Position numbers and translations under genes: made by a program. Source: Craspedostauros australis (lineage: Eukaryota). Taken from it: a stretch of 33,320 bases of DNA. Location: contig JALAGF010003714.1 of NCBI GenBank assembly GCA_030167865.1, forward strand, positions 1 through 33,320, given 5' to 3'. The notes beneath the pieces were generated by a model that searched no databases, was not told the origin of the DNA, and saw only the letters and a list, made by a program, of their open reading frames with translations. Numbering within the stretch: the first letter of the stretch is position 1; every line of letters starts with the position of its first letter. Below are positions 1 to 9,367 of the stretch, in pieces.

Positions 1-1
1 G

Positions 2-172
2 CGACCGATGGTGGGATACGTCTACATCTTTGTCGGCGACGTCTACGATGTGACGAATTGCGTTTGTTATTACGATGCCATGCCAACCTGCTTGCAGCGG
101 CAACCCCGGATCCTGAATCAACCATCGGTGATGCGGTCGTCCGAGCCGATACCGAATGTGACGTGTTCATGA
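2..172 (+). CDS. 3' end (partial) of a Cys-rich-domain protein, paralog of the genes at 2672-4039 and 4644-5468
   Basis: Frame starting at nt 2 reads RPMVGYVYIFVGDVYDVTNCVCYYDAMPTCLQRQPRILNQPSVMRSSEPIPNVTCS* (TGA 170-172). It aligns with the C-terminus of the 2672-4039 product (RVLIGHLYLLHG..VTNCICYY..SCLQ..VLRSRQAIPQELCS). Not in the ORF track. Confidence 0.8.
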   Translation, partial: RPMVGYVYIFVGDVYDVTNCVCYYDAMPTCLQRQPRILNQPSVMRSSEPIPNVTCS

Positions 173-579
173 TGTGGTGGAGACGCGCCGCTTTGGAGTT
201 TTGTGAGGATCGACCGCAGCGCAGTCAAAATAGCAGCAGTTGCGCATGCTTGATTGCCAACTTCGATCACCTTGTCTTCTTGCGAACTTTGGGATCGTTG
301 ACATGGCCGAACGTCGTGCAATGAGATATCATCAGATGGAAACTATGTTACGAGAGCGCAACGATGCGATGACTCCTGAGGGTTATGCAAATGGGATCAA
401 TCTGGTGGCAGTCTCACAAGCATGTACATACTGCGCGCAGCCAAAGCATGAACGTTTTGTGGGTAAAACACAATGTACTCTTGCATTTGAGTGCTGTGTT
501 GATTTTCTTCCCGCAATAGTCTATTACCCTATACTACTCCGCATTTCACTGTTAGTGTTAGTGTTAGTGTTGTGGTTGT

Positions 580-1905
580 TCACGTCTGCCTCCAATCTTT
601 CCACGTCTTCATGTAGGGCCGAATGGCATCACCCGACCGCTTCCACATGTGCGTCATCAAGATCTCTTCATCGAAACATAGATGCAGATCGCGATCATGC
701 AACACGTCCTGCAACGTCGCAAAGTACGTCTCGAGAACGCGCATCCACGCCGCGCGCGTCCCCAACATGACGCCGGCACGAAATCGGATCTTGCTGTGAT
801 TCCACGTCGTGATGCTGGGTCGGAAGTAGACGACGTCGCCCTGGATCGTGCGGTGGTAGACGCCGTGCAGAAGTTGCGTGGCCAACGCGCCGTCCATCCA
901 GGCGAAGTAGGTTTTGTCGCAGTGATCGTGCAGCGTCTGATTGACGAGATGCATTTTGGAGATCCAAATGGAGATGACGTTGATCCAGTGGCGCAGCGGG
1001 TCGGCTCGTGGCAATATGGATGGAACGATGGCATGGTCGCCACGTAGTTGCATGGCGCGTTGCAACAATCGCGAATGTTGCAGCGCTTTGTCCATCTTGC
1101 CGAACGACGTCAAGTTCTGGTGTTGGCAATGATCCAGCACGAGCCTGCGGGCTTCGTCGTAGCGCAGATCCTCGAGTGGTGTGTACTTGAAGTGGATGGG
1201 CGACTCTTTGCGCACGTATTCCCCAAGGATGGCTTCAAATGGATCGCTGGTTGCCGCTCCTTGCATCGTTGCATGCGTATCGACGTTGGTATGGTACAAG
1301 ATGACGGTCTTGCGGTTGGTCGACCACCGATGAAAGAACTTGAGGGTCTTGGACACATCGTTGGTGAATTGCTGCACATCGTTCTTGACGTTCAATGGGA
1401 TCTTCCAATATCCCGACGTGATCACGAGATCGTCCATGATGCTGTCGATGCGGACGCTCTCGTTCCGTTTGGTGCGGTTCGTGGAGGGGCATACTCGTAT
1501 GTTTGGCTGCGTATAGTGCACATCATTGTCGTTGGCACTGGCATGGCCGTCTGCGGATGATGCGACTGCCATGACATCCGCCTCAGTCTGGACTTGCATG
1601 CGAATCTGAGTGGATTGCAAAGAGACGGCATTCATCTGCTTCACGATCATCACCGCGGCGAAGATGACGATGCAGCAGAAGTACAGGAAACCATGATGGC
1701 ATCGTCGACCTGATGCCTTTCGTTGTTGCGTCATGTCATGGCTGCTGCTGCTTCTGCTGCTGGTGCTGTTGGTTTGGAGAAGTGAGCTGAGATGAGATAG
1801 AACTGGGGAGCCGAAATGAGATGAGATAGATGGATGAGATATGTGTGTCTGTGCGGATTGTGGTTCTGACGGGTTGAGTGGTTCGACTTTCTCGGTGGCA
1901 GTCAT
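580..1905 (-). CDS. Type II membrane protein, putative glycosyltransferase (HtrL/YibB-like), 441 aa
   Basis: Long ORF with one TM (GFLYFCCIVIFAAVMIV), a stem and a globular domain. Motifs VITSGYW, IWISKMHLV, TYFAWMDG, FRAGVMLG and CFDEEILM resemble the HtrL/YibB pattern (SK..., YFAWID.G, GG.FGG, DDQ). The family call is by eye. Confidence 0.65.
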   Translation of the reverse strand: MTATEKVEPLNPSEPQSAQTHISHPSISSHFGSPVLSHLSSLLQTNSTSSRSSSSHDMTQQRKASGRRCHHGFLYFCCIVIFAAVMIVKQMNAVSLQSTQIRMQVQTEADVMAVASSADGHASANDNDVHYTQPNIRVCPSTNRTKRNESVRIDSIMDDLVITSGYWKIPLNVKNDVQQFTNDVSKTLKFFHRWSTNRKTVILYHTNVDTHATMQGAATSDPFEAILGEYVRKESPIHFKYTPLEDLRYDEARRLVLDHCQHQNLTSFGKMDKALQHSRLLQRAMQLRGDHAIVPSILPRADPLRHWINVISIWISKMHLVNQTLHDHCDKTYFAWMDGALATQLLHGVYHRTIQGDVVYFRPSITTWNHSKIRFRAGVMLGTRAAWMRVLETYFATLQDVLHDRDLHLCFDEEILMTHMWKRSGDAIRPYMKTWKDWRQT

Positions 1906-2671
1906 TTCAGGGAGTTGAGGGAGTTAGGCGAATCTTGGCAGAATGCCTCTATTTTGTGTGTTGTGATGGACTTTCCAACACACAACCATGGCTACATGTG
2001 TAGAATACTCCAGAGTACGGTTCTTGGACGCAAAGAGAGGTGATAGCTGCGGTATGTAAGCAACCGTCGCTACGATCATGGCGCATGGCACAAGAAGAGG
2101 TGCCGGCGACACGCAAGAGATTGGCTCTGTCCTTCTTGAATTCCATGTTGTTGCGACAAGGATTGTGTTCATCCTTCTTCACAATGATCCGCACCAGAAG
2201 CGGCTGTCATTAGCCTTGCCATTCTCGTGCAAACCTCCATCGTTCATTAAATGCAATACTCTATCAATGCATTCTGATTCATGACATGCAATGTGTTACT
2301 CCGTTCATGGGCGATCGAACGCAGATGGCGCTCCCAAGTTCGCGTCGTTTGTGTTGTCATGTTCAACCAATCTGTATCAACATTCACGACACACTAACCT
2401 CGAAAGGCTTTCCTGCTCCCAGCTTCAAGGTGAGGTTGGTTTGAATCGAATCGTGTAAAACAGCCTGGGTCACGATTTCGACAAGAATGGATTCGCTTTT
2501 CCACATCGCTTGTTTGCGACCAACATCCAAGGACCCGAACTCTCCCCCCTCCAGCATCGCTTCTCCTCTCTCTGCTGTCTCCATTCATCACATACTCGTA
2601 CACATCCCGTCCCCGGCCATCGAGTGGGTGACGATAGAAGTAAGAAGCGACAACAAGAAGAGAAGCCAACC

Positions 2672-4039
2672 ATGACCAAGTACGCGGAGCATGTCCCGAT
2701 TGTGTTTGCGACGGCGGCCATCGTCGAAGTCGATGATGGCGTGACGCATGCGAACGCGGAAGAGGTCGTCGCTGTGCCTGAGCGGCGTTGCGGCAATAGC
2801 GGCGATGCCGTTGTCGTGGAGATGGGAGGCGATGTCGAGCAGCAATCTCTGAGGGATAGTCGCCAGCATAATCATGTGGATGTCGAAGGAACGGCGACAG
2901 ACTGCCATGTGGACGGAGATTCGGACTATGATGACGATCGAGTTGAGGCACGTGTGTCAACTGAGCCTCCTTGTCCGCAGAACGAACAGAGAGAGGGAGA
3001 GGGGGAAATGGTTGATGGCGATGATAGTGATGATCGTGATGATGATGATGATGATAGTCACGATGATGATGAGCAACAGGCCGATGCTGAATCTCCTTCT
3101 TCCATGTCCCCTCCCGCCGAGGATGGAGCCGGTGTTGGAGGGGTGGAGCTGGTGGAACGGACGAGTTCCATGCGAACTCCTGAGTCGGCCTCGACTCGAC
3201 CACGGCCGCTGTCGCGACCGGAAGAATCCATACCAGAGATTGCGACAGAAGTGGTCGCTTACCAACCAGCCCAGCCAGCATGGACGACACTGCGAGATGA
3301 AGTGCCGGTCCGCTTGGATCCATCCGCGTCCCGGATTGCCTTGGTCGAGATCGACGGTTCCGATGACTGTTTCCGACGCAGCGCATCACGCAATGCCGCA
3401 CCGTCGGAACTGACGACCGCGGGCCAAGCCGGTGTTGCGATGGGGCATGAGTCGAGCGATGCGGATGAGACGTTGCCAGATCACGAACATTCCGAACATT
3501 ATTTCTGTAACATTCGAGAGAAACGCAAGCGAGAACGCGTGGTCATCGGGGGGCTGCTTGCCATCAGCTGCATTGTGGCGGTTGTGTACATCGGTCGGTT
3601 CGTGAAGAGTTTGAAGTGGGATGACGAAGAACAACCAACTCAATCACCCACACCAGAGCCAACGGCATTCTTTGAATTCGACGGAGGCACCGCCAACACC
3701 ATATGGACGATTGCTCCGACGCCATCCCCACTGCCGCTCCTGCACGTCATTGGTGAGGCCAATGCCAGTTTGCCTCTCGTGGACGGTTCGGCCGAGACCT
3801 TCTGTCACATCGAATCGCAGACCGAATGCGGCATCCTGTGCGGTGCCTTCGATCCGCAGCGCGTGCTCATAGGGCACTTGTACTTACTGCACGGCAACAT
3901 ATCAGCCTGCGTCACCAACTGCATCTGCTACTATGAATTCTCCTGTCTCCAAACGCAGGAATCGTCCGGCCTGTCCGATGTGCGCGGCGTGCTGCGATCG
4001 AGGCAGGCTATACCGCAAGAGTTGTGCTCGGAAAGGTGA
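2672..4039 (+). CDS. Single-pass (type II-like) membrane protein with acidic disordered N-terminus, PT stalk and Cys-rich C-terminal domain (~455 aa)
   Basis: First ATG in the long ORF is at 2672 (MTKYAEH). Basic stretch REKRKRER precedes the TM VVIGGLLAISCIVAVVYIG, then PTQSPTPEPT and a domain with CxxxC...CxC...C...C. No introns are needed. Confidence 0.8.
   Translation: MTKYAEHVPIVFATAAIVEVDDGVTHANAEEVVAVPERRCGNSGDAVVVEMGGDVEQQSLRDSRQHNHVDVEGTATDCHVDGDSDYDDDRVEARVSTEPPCPQNEQREGEGEMVDGDDSDDRDDDDDDSHDDDEQQADAESPSSMSPPAEDGAGVGGVELVERTSSMRTPESASTRPRPLSRPEESIPEIATEVVAYQPAQPAWTTLRDEVPVRLDPSASRIALVEIDGSDDCFRRSASRNAAPSELTTAGQAGVAMGHESSDADETLPDHEHSEHYFCNIREKRKRERVVIGGLLAISCIVAVVYIGRFVKSLKWDDEEQPTQSPTPEPTAFFEFDGGTANTIWTIAPTPSPLPLLHVIGEANASLPLVDGSAETFCHIESQTECGILCGAFDPQRVLIGHLYLLHGNISACVTNCICYYEFSCLQTQESSGLSDVRGVLRSRQAIPQELCSER
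3020..3072 (+). repeat. Imperfect (GAT)n microsatellite encoding poly-Asp
   Basis: gatgatagtgatgatcgtgatgatgatgatgatgatagtcacgatgatgat. Confidence 0.8.
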
Positions 4040-4643
4040 CCGGAGACGCAGCGGACGTTCGGATGCTCCACATCACTTCACGTTTCGCTGACATGCAATG
4101 GTCGAACATCAAGTTCGGCCGCTTGCAGATGGCATGGAAGCGTATGAGCACGAACCAACATGGACTCGATCCGGCTTGTACAGGCGTTATGGATGGTGAA
4201 GTGGGTTCTGCTGGGAATATGCACCACCGAACACAGGATTGCACAGAGCGCAGCATGATCGTTCGTACAGCACAGACGAGTATAAAAAGGTGATATCGGT
4301 GAGGCAGTATGATAGTACTCGTAGATGTGTAGTCACTCGAAAACAAAGCACCATCCTGGTCTGCTGATGCTCTCATTCCCATCCATTATGTTCACTTCAC
4401 CTCACGTTTTCAGTGTCTCTGGGTTGCTTCTGGGACAGCACAGAAAGGTGATGTGTCCCAAGTCGTGCCGACCAACGAGAAAGTACTGCCTGATGCGCGC
4501 TCGTAGCCGTAGGTGTCAGTCGCGCGGTGGGACAAAATGTGGGATGTAGAATCACTCACAATTTCCGCCAACCCGAAGCACACAAAATCAAACAGAACAG
4601 ATCATTGCCACCAGTGACAACGAAAGGAACAAACAGAGGCAAC

Positions 4644-5468
4644 ATGACGAACGAGAGCACAAGCAAGTTGACAGTGGTGGAGGCGAAAGCTCGCTGCCTT
4701 CAAAACCACGATGATAGCCACCCCAGCATGGATGATTGCATCATTGCCACAACCATCGACACGCACAACCACGATGATAGCCACCCCAGCATGGACGATT
4801 GCATCATTGCCACAACCATCGACACGCACAACCACGATTGTTGCGACGACACCAATGCCGATGCGGAGATTCCAGAAGCACCCATCTACATGGTCGATCT
4901 GGAAGATCAGACGGTGACGATGGAGCAAGACTCACCCAGCATCCATGGCGACAACGACAACGACGACGCGACGCCCACCATCCTGGAAGCCACAGCGTAC
5001 GCAGATTCCGACGCCTCGTCCTTCTGCTACCGCCACAAGAAGATCGCATTGATCCTATTGATCGCGTTGGGCGCCGTCGTCAGCGTGACCATGGCGGTCG
5101 TCATGACGTCTACCAACGATGACGACGTGCCCACCATGCAGCAGTTCCCCAGGACGCTGCCACCCATGCCAACGACGCAATACACGCGGCGGTTCGCTGC
5201 GTCTGAAACGTTGTTCGTGCCAAAACCCACAGAGACGACGAAGTACGTGATGGGATCCATATCCTCGGAATCCGATTGCGCTGCGTGCTGTTGGAGAACG
5301 CAAAGCCGTGCGTATCTGTACCTAGATCAATCCGACACCGTCGGTTGCGTCTGTTACGAAACCGTCGGCGTTTGTTTCATGGAAAACGACAATCCAAAAA
5401 TCAAGAATACGGCGGGTGCCGTCTTCGTGTCCTACGACGATGTCGAGCCAACGCAGCGATGCACGTGA
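4644..5468 (+). CDS. Single-pass (type II-like) membrane protein with Cys-rich C-terminal domain (274 aa); divergent paralog of 2672-4039
   Basis: ATG at 4644 (MTNESTSK). RHKK precedes the TM IALILLIALGAVVSVTMAVVM, then a P/T stalk and ISSESDCAACC..YLYL..GCVCY..VCF..PTQRCT*. Confidence 0.8.
   Translation: MTNESTSKLTVVEAKARCLQNHDDSHPSMDDCIIATTIDTHNHDDSHPSMDDCIIATTIDTHNHDCCDDTNADAEIPEAPIYMVDLEDQTVTMEQDSPSIHGDNDNDDATPTILEATAYADSDASSFCYRHKKIALILLIALGAVVSVTMAVVMTSTNDDDVPTMQQFPRTLPPMPTTQYTRRFAASETLFVPKPTETTKYVMGSISSESDCAACCWRTQSRAYLYLDQSDTVGCVCYETVGVCFMENDNPKIKNTAGAVFVSYDDVEPTQRCT
4704..4838 (+). repeat. 63-bp in-frame tandem duplication (NHDDSHPSMDDCIIATTIDTH x2 plus partial third copy)
   Basis: Copies start at 4704 and 4767 and differ by one synonymous change (gat/gac). 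A partial aaccacgat starts at 4830. Confidence 0.95.
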
Positions 5469-6072
5469 CACTTAATGCAACTCAATTGGAGATGGCTGGA
5501 AGGATGCAGACATGAATGGATTAGAACTGAATAGATACGATAGATGAGTCGATTACTCCACTACAACTCACACTAATAATAATGCTATCATTGTTACGGA
5601 TACAACATATGACGATACACACGTACAACATGGGAAGGCGAAGACGGATACCATTTAACACGAAAGAAGAGGAACAGAACCGTTTCGTCTGCGTTTCCGT
5701 TTGCTTTTCCCATCATCCAGCAAAATGTGAACGCTCGTTCCCCTTGAATGGAACAGTTCGAGTCGAAAAGATACCTTCCTAAGCGTATAGGAGGACAGAC
5801 GGAATGATTTCGGCAGAAACCAACCGTTTCATTCGTCATCTCGTTTTCGTTCATCTCCGTCACATCCATCACCATCGTCATCGATGTCGTCGTTGTCGCC
5901 ATTTGCCTTCTCTTGCGTGAGCATAGTCGCCAAAGGTATCTCCATCGTCATCATCTTGGTCTCTTCATTTGCATCTGCACCCGGAGTTGCCTCTTCAATC
6001 CGCGACAAGTCTCATCCCACGGCCGATACCGCCACCAGCAGGAGCAGCGGCACGAGCATCCACACGGCCGCC

Positions 6073-8208
6073 ATGCCTTCCACGAAGAAGCGCGAGCTGT
6101 TCGAAGACAGCGAGAACAGTAGCGACAGTGATAGCGATAGCAGCAGCAGCAGCAGTAGTGGTGATAGCAATGATAGTAGTAGCAGCAGCAGCGAAGAGGA
6201 AGACCGCAATGGCAAGAATGCCAACAAGCAATCCTCGACAAAGAAGCCATCCATCCTGAAGGTCAACGAATCGTTCGCCAAAGAGTACACATCGCGCAAA
6301 CAACAGCAGGAGCTGCAGAACAACCGTGATCTCGTGGCCGATGATTCCTTCGATGAGGACTCCTCGTCTGACGAGGAAGACGAGGATCTGGACAAGCCAG
6401 AGTTGGATCTGCAGTTCTTCCAGACGATGAACGCGCTGCGAAACAAGGATCAATCCATTTACGATCCCAGCAGCAAATTCTTTCAGGATGGCGATAATAC
6501 TGCCGGGGTTTCCACGAGCAAGACGCACAAGATCAAGGACATGATGCGTGAGCAGATCTTGGACAAGATGGAGGGTGTCGAAACTGCTGTGGATGATGGT
6601 GGTGATGACAATGATGGCACGCGCAGGAGCAGGAGGATCGTGGAGGAGGAAGATACGTCTCGATTCGCGTATGATGAGCAGCAACGCAAATTGCGTCAGG
6701 ATTTGCTCAAGGGTATCAACGATAACGATGCCGATGGTGACAAGGATAGTGGCAACAATGAGAACGACGATGACGACGACGATCTTCTCGTGCAGAAGAA
6801 GAAAAACAAGAAGAGCGCGTCAACAACGACGCCCGATGAGACGGAACAGAAGCTACGGAAGGAGATCAAGAACGCCAAAAAGTCCTCATCGGTCGCCGAC
6901 AAGGACTTTGTTGACCCACGTGGTGAGATCCAAGATGGTCAAGCCTTCCTGCTGGAGTACCTGTCCAACAAGAAGTGGAAGGACGATTTCGAGAATGACG
7001 CCAATGAGAACAACGGCAACACCAATGACGACGACAACGAAAGCACAGCATCATCCACCGACAAGGCCGACGAATTCGAGGCCAAGTACAACTTCCGATT
7101 CGAGGAGGCTGCCACTGCCACGGGAGCCTCCGGTGCCGATTTCTCCATCCGCACCTACGCGCGCGGCAATCAGATGAACACGCTGCGTCGCAAGGATGAC
7201 ACTCGCAAGCAGAAGCGTCTGGCACGCAAGGAGCGCAAGGCAGCCCAACGCAAGGCCAAGGAGGAACAGCTCAAGCGTCTCAAGAGTGCCAAGAAGGCCG
7301 AGCTGCACAAGAAGTTGGAGCAAGTCAAATCCATTCTGGGTCCGCAAGATGCGGAGGCGGCTGCGAAGGAAGCAGCAACTGCCATCGACGAAACGGCGAT
7401 CCTCAAGATGCTGGAAGGCGATTACGATCCCGAAAAATTCGAACAAGCGATGAAGGATGCCTACAACGACGACTTCTACGCGCAGCAGGATGGCGAATGG
7501 AAGAAGGATAAAGATGTTCGCGATGCCATGCTGCAGGATGCGAATGCCTTGGATTCCGGCGTGACGGAAGAAACGTACGCGCATCAAGATGAAGGCGGAG
7601 AAAATTACAACGGCGGGGACGACGCAGATGGCGAAGAATACTACAACGATCAGAACGAAGGCTACGATGAAGACGGTGATGCACAGCACGACACCACCGC
7701 GACACCCAAATCCCACCTCGAGGTCAAACTCGAAGAGAAGGTCCAGGACGAACTGTACAAGCTGGATTACGAAGACATCATCGCCGGTGATCTGCCAACG
7801 CGCTTCAAGTACCGCCCTGTCGAGAAGAATCGTTACGGCCTCAGCACCGAAGAGATTCTCTTCGCCAAAGACAAGACCCTCAAGCAGTACGTCTCCGTTA
7901 AGTACATGGCGCCGTACCGTGATGAACATGCCAGGGATGGTACAGAATTCAAATTGGATCGCCGACGCAGGAAGAAGTTCCGCGATCTCATCCATGCGGA
8001 CATGGACGAGTTGGTGGAGGCAGGTGCTGCTCCTGCCGGTGCCGCGGATGGCGCTGGCGGCGCCAATGCCGAGGAGAAGAAACGCAGCGCCGACGAACCC
8101 ATCGGTGGTGGAAAGCGCAAACAACGAAGGCGGTTGAAGAAGGGCAAGAAGAAGTCCAAGGTGGCGGCGCAAGAAGATGGCAACGCGGAACTGAAGAGCG
8201 AGGCATAG
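6073..8208 (+). CDS. KRI1: KRI1 homolog (40S ribosome biogenesis factor, Krr1-interacting)
   Basis: Motifs FLLEYLSNKKW, FEAKYNFRFEE, TYAR..RRKDDTRKQKR..RKERK..KEEQLKRLK and the C-terminal YKLDYEDII..PTRFKYR.V....YGLSTEEIL.A.D..L.QYVS.K..APYR. Likely start is MPSTKKR at 6073; an in-frame ATG also exists at 5884. Confidence 0.92.
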   Translation: MPSTKKRELFEDSENSSDSDSDSSSSSSSGDSNDSSSSSSEEEDRNGKNANKQSSTKKPSILKVNESFAKEYTSRKQQQELQNNRDLVADDSFDEDSSSDEEDEDLDKPELDLQFFQTMNALRNKDQSIYDPSSKFFQDGDNTAGVSTSKTHKIKDMMREQILDKMEGVETAVDDGGDDNDGTRRSRRIVEEEDTSRFAYDEQQRKLRQDLLKGINDNDADGDKDSGNNENDDDDDDLLVQKKKNKKSASTTTPDETEQKLRKEIKNAKKSSSVADKDFVDPRGEIQDGQAFLLEYLSNKKWKDDFENDANENNGNTNDDDNESTASSTDKADEFEAKYNFRFEEAATATGASGADFSIRTYARGNQMNTLRRKDDTRKQKRLARKERKAAQRKAKEEQLKRLKSAKKAELHKKLEQVKSILGPQDAEAAAKEAATAIDETAILKMLEGDYDPEKFEQAMKDAYNDDFYAQQDGEWKKDKDVRDAMLQDANALDSGVTEETYAHQDEGGENYNGGDDADGEEYYNDQNEGYDEDGDAQHDTTATPKSHLEVKLEEKVQDELYKLDYEDIIAGDLPTRFKYRPVEKNRYGLSTEEILFAKDKTLKQYVSVKYMAPYRDEHARDGTEFKLDRRRRKKFRDLIHADMDELVEAGAAPAGAADGAGGANAEEKKRSADEPIGGGKRKQRRRLKKGKKKSKVAAQEDGNAELKSEA

Positions 8209-9343
8209 GATACCTGCATACTCGCATGGCACAAAGAGGACTCTCTGGACAGCAAGCACTTTTGGCACACGACCTACTCGTCTTCTGTGGAGTCTCTGCC
8301 TCTTACATACCAATAGGTCGTACACCGTTCCGCCCTCCTCTTCATCTCGCATGCAGCCGCACAGGAACTCCAGCCGGCGTCCCTGTACCATCCCCTTATG
8401 TACGTGCAAGCAAGACACCGTGAGATGCTTTGTCACTGTGCCTATCCCCTTGGTTCCTTAGAAACCCTGCTCCTCTTGGCAAGCTGGAATGGATAGTACA
8501 ACATCGTATACCGTGGCATGGCATGGCGTGGCATAGTCGTAGCACAGCACAACAAAGCATGGCCGATCAGGGTGCTTCTGATGGATATGATATGACTACA
8601 TCGACTAAGTTGATCGTGTTTTGCAGTTTTCCCAAACGTGTCCATTGAGACTCTACCTGTACGTTTTCTTTCCTTCCTCAATCTAGTTTCTCCCTCAACA
8701 GCACTGCATGACTTTTTCGGCCCCATCTGCGATACATAAAATACGAACCCCAACCGTTTCTCCCGTTGGGCCTCTGCTCTTGGACATGATGATGCCACAG
8801 ACAAATGAAGAACATCAGCAGTCAGGAGGCGGGGCGAAGATTCCAACCTGTTCCTGACCTGTTGGCACACCGAAGGCGAGAAGGCAACAGCGGCACCAAC
8901 GGGAGTGAACGGCATTAGCATCGGAAGAAGATGTCACCTCAAAGCGAAGTTCCGAACTCAACAAGTATCAGGCGAGGGAACAACATGTTCGCCCTCCCGA
9001 CGATGAAATAGAACGTTACGTCAAGACACCCAATCGTGGCTGATGGATTGATGGATGGAGGAGAAGTGCGGCGCAGCTTGCAGCGCGGCATTGTGCAATG
9101 TGCGAGCTACTCGTGGCGCAGCACTGTCCATTCTCGCCCGCCAAGAGGGTCGCTGTTCTTTTCTCCTTGAGGACCCGTGCAGCCCGCCTTTTGGTGGTGC
9201 GGAGGGAGCAAGGAGTGGATCGCAAGCTGGAGATGGTGAGATGGGGGCGGAGAGGACGAAGTGAGCGAAGGTGTCAATCAAGAAGGTCTGTTGGATCGCG
9301 GTGTTCGGGTCTTGGGTTCGTGGCCAAGGAGGCAGTCTCTTCT

Positions 9344-9367
9344 CTCCACTCCACTCCACTCCACTCC
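9344..9367 (+). repeat. (CTCCA)n pentanucleotide microsatellite
   Basis: ctcca x4 plus ctcc. Confidence 0.85.

Noticed and set aside
550-572. (TGTTAG)3 resembling a telomeric repeat
   Set aside because: Only three copies, not TTAGGG, and located in a 3' UTR region.
7051-8436. 461-aa minus-strand ORF and other ORFs overlapping KRI1
   Set aside because: Antisense shadows of a strongly supported gene.
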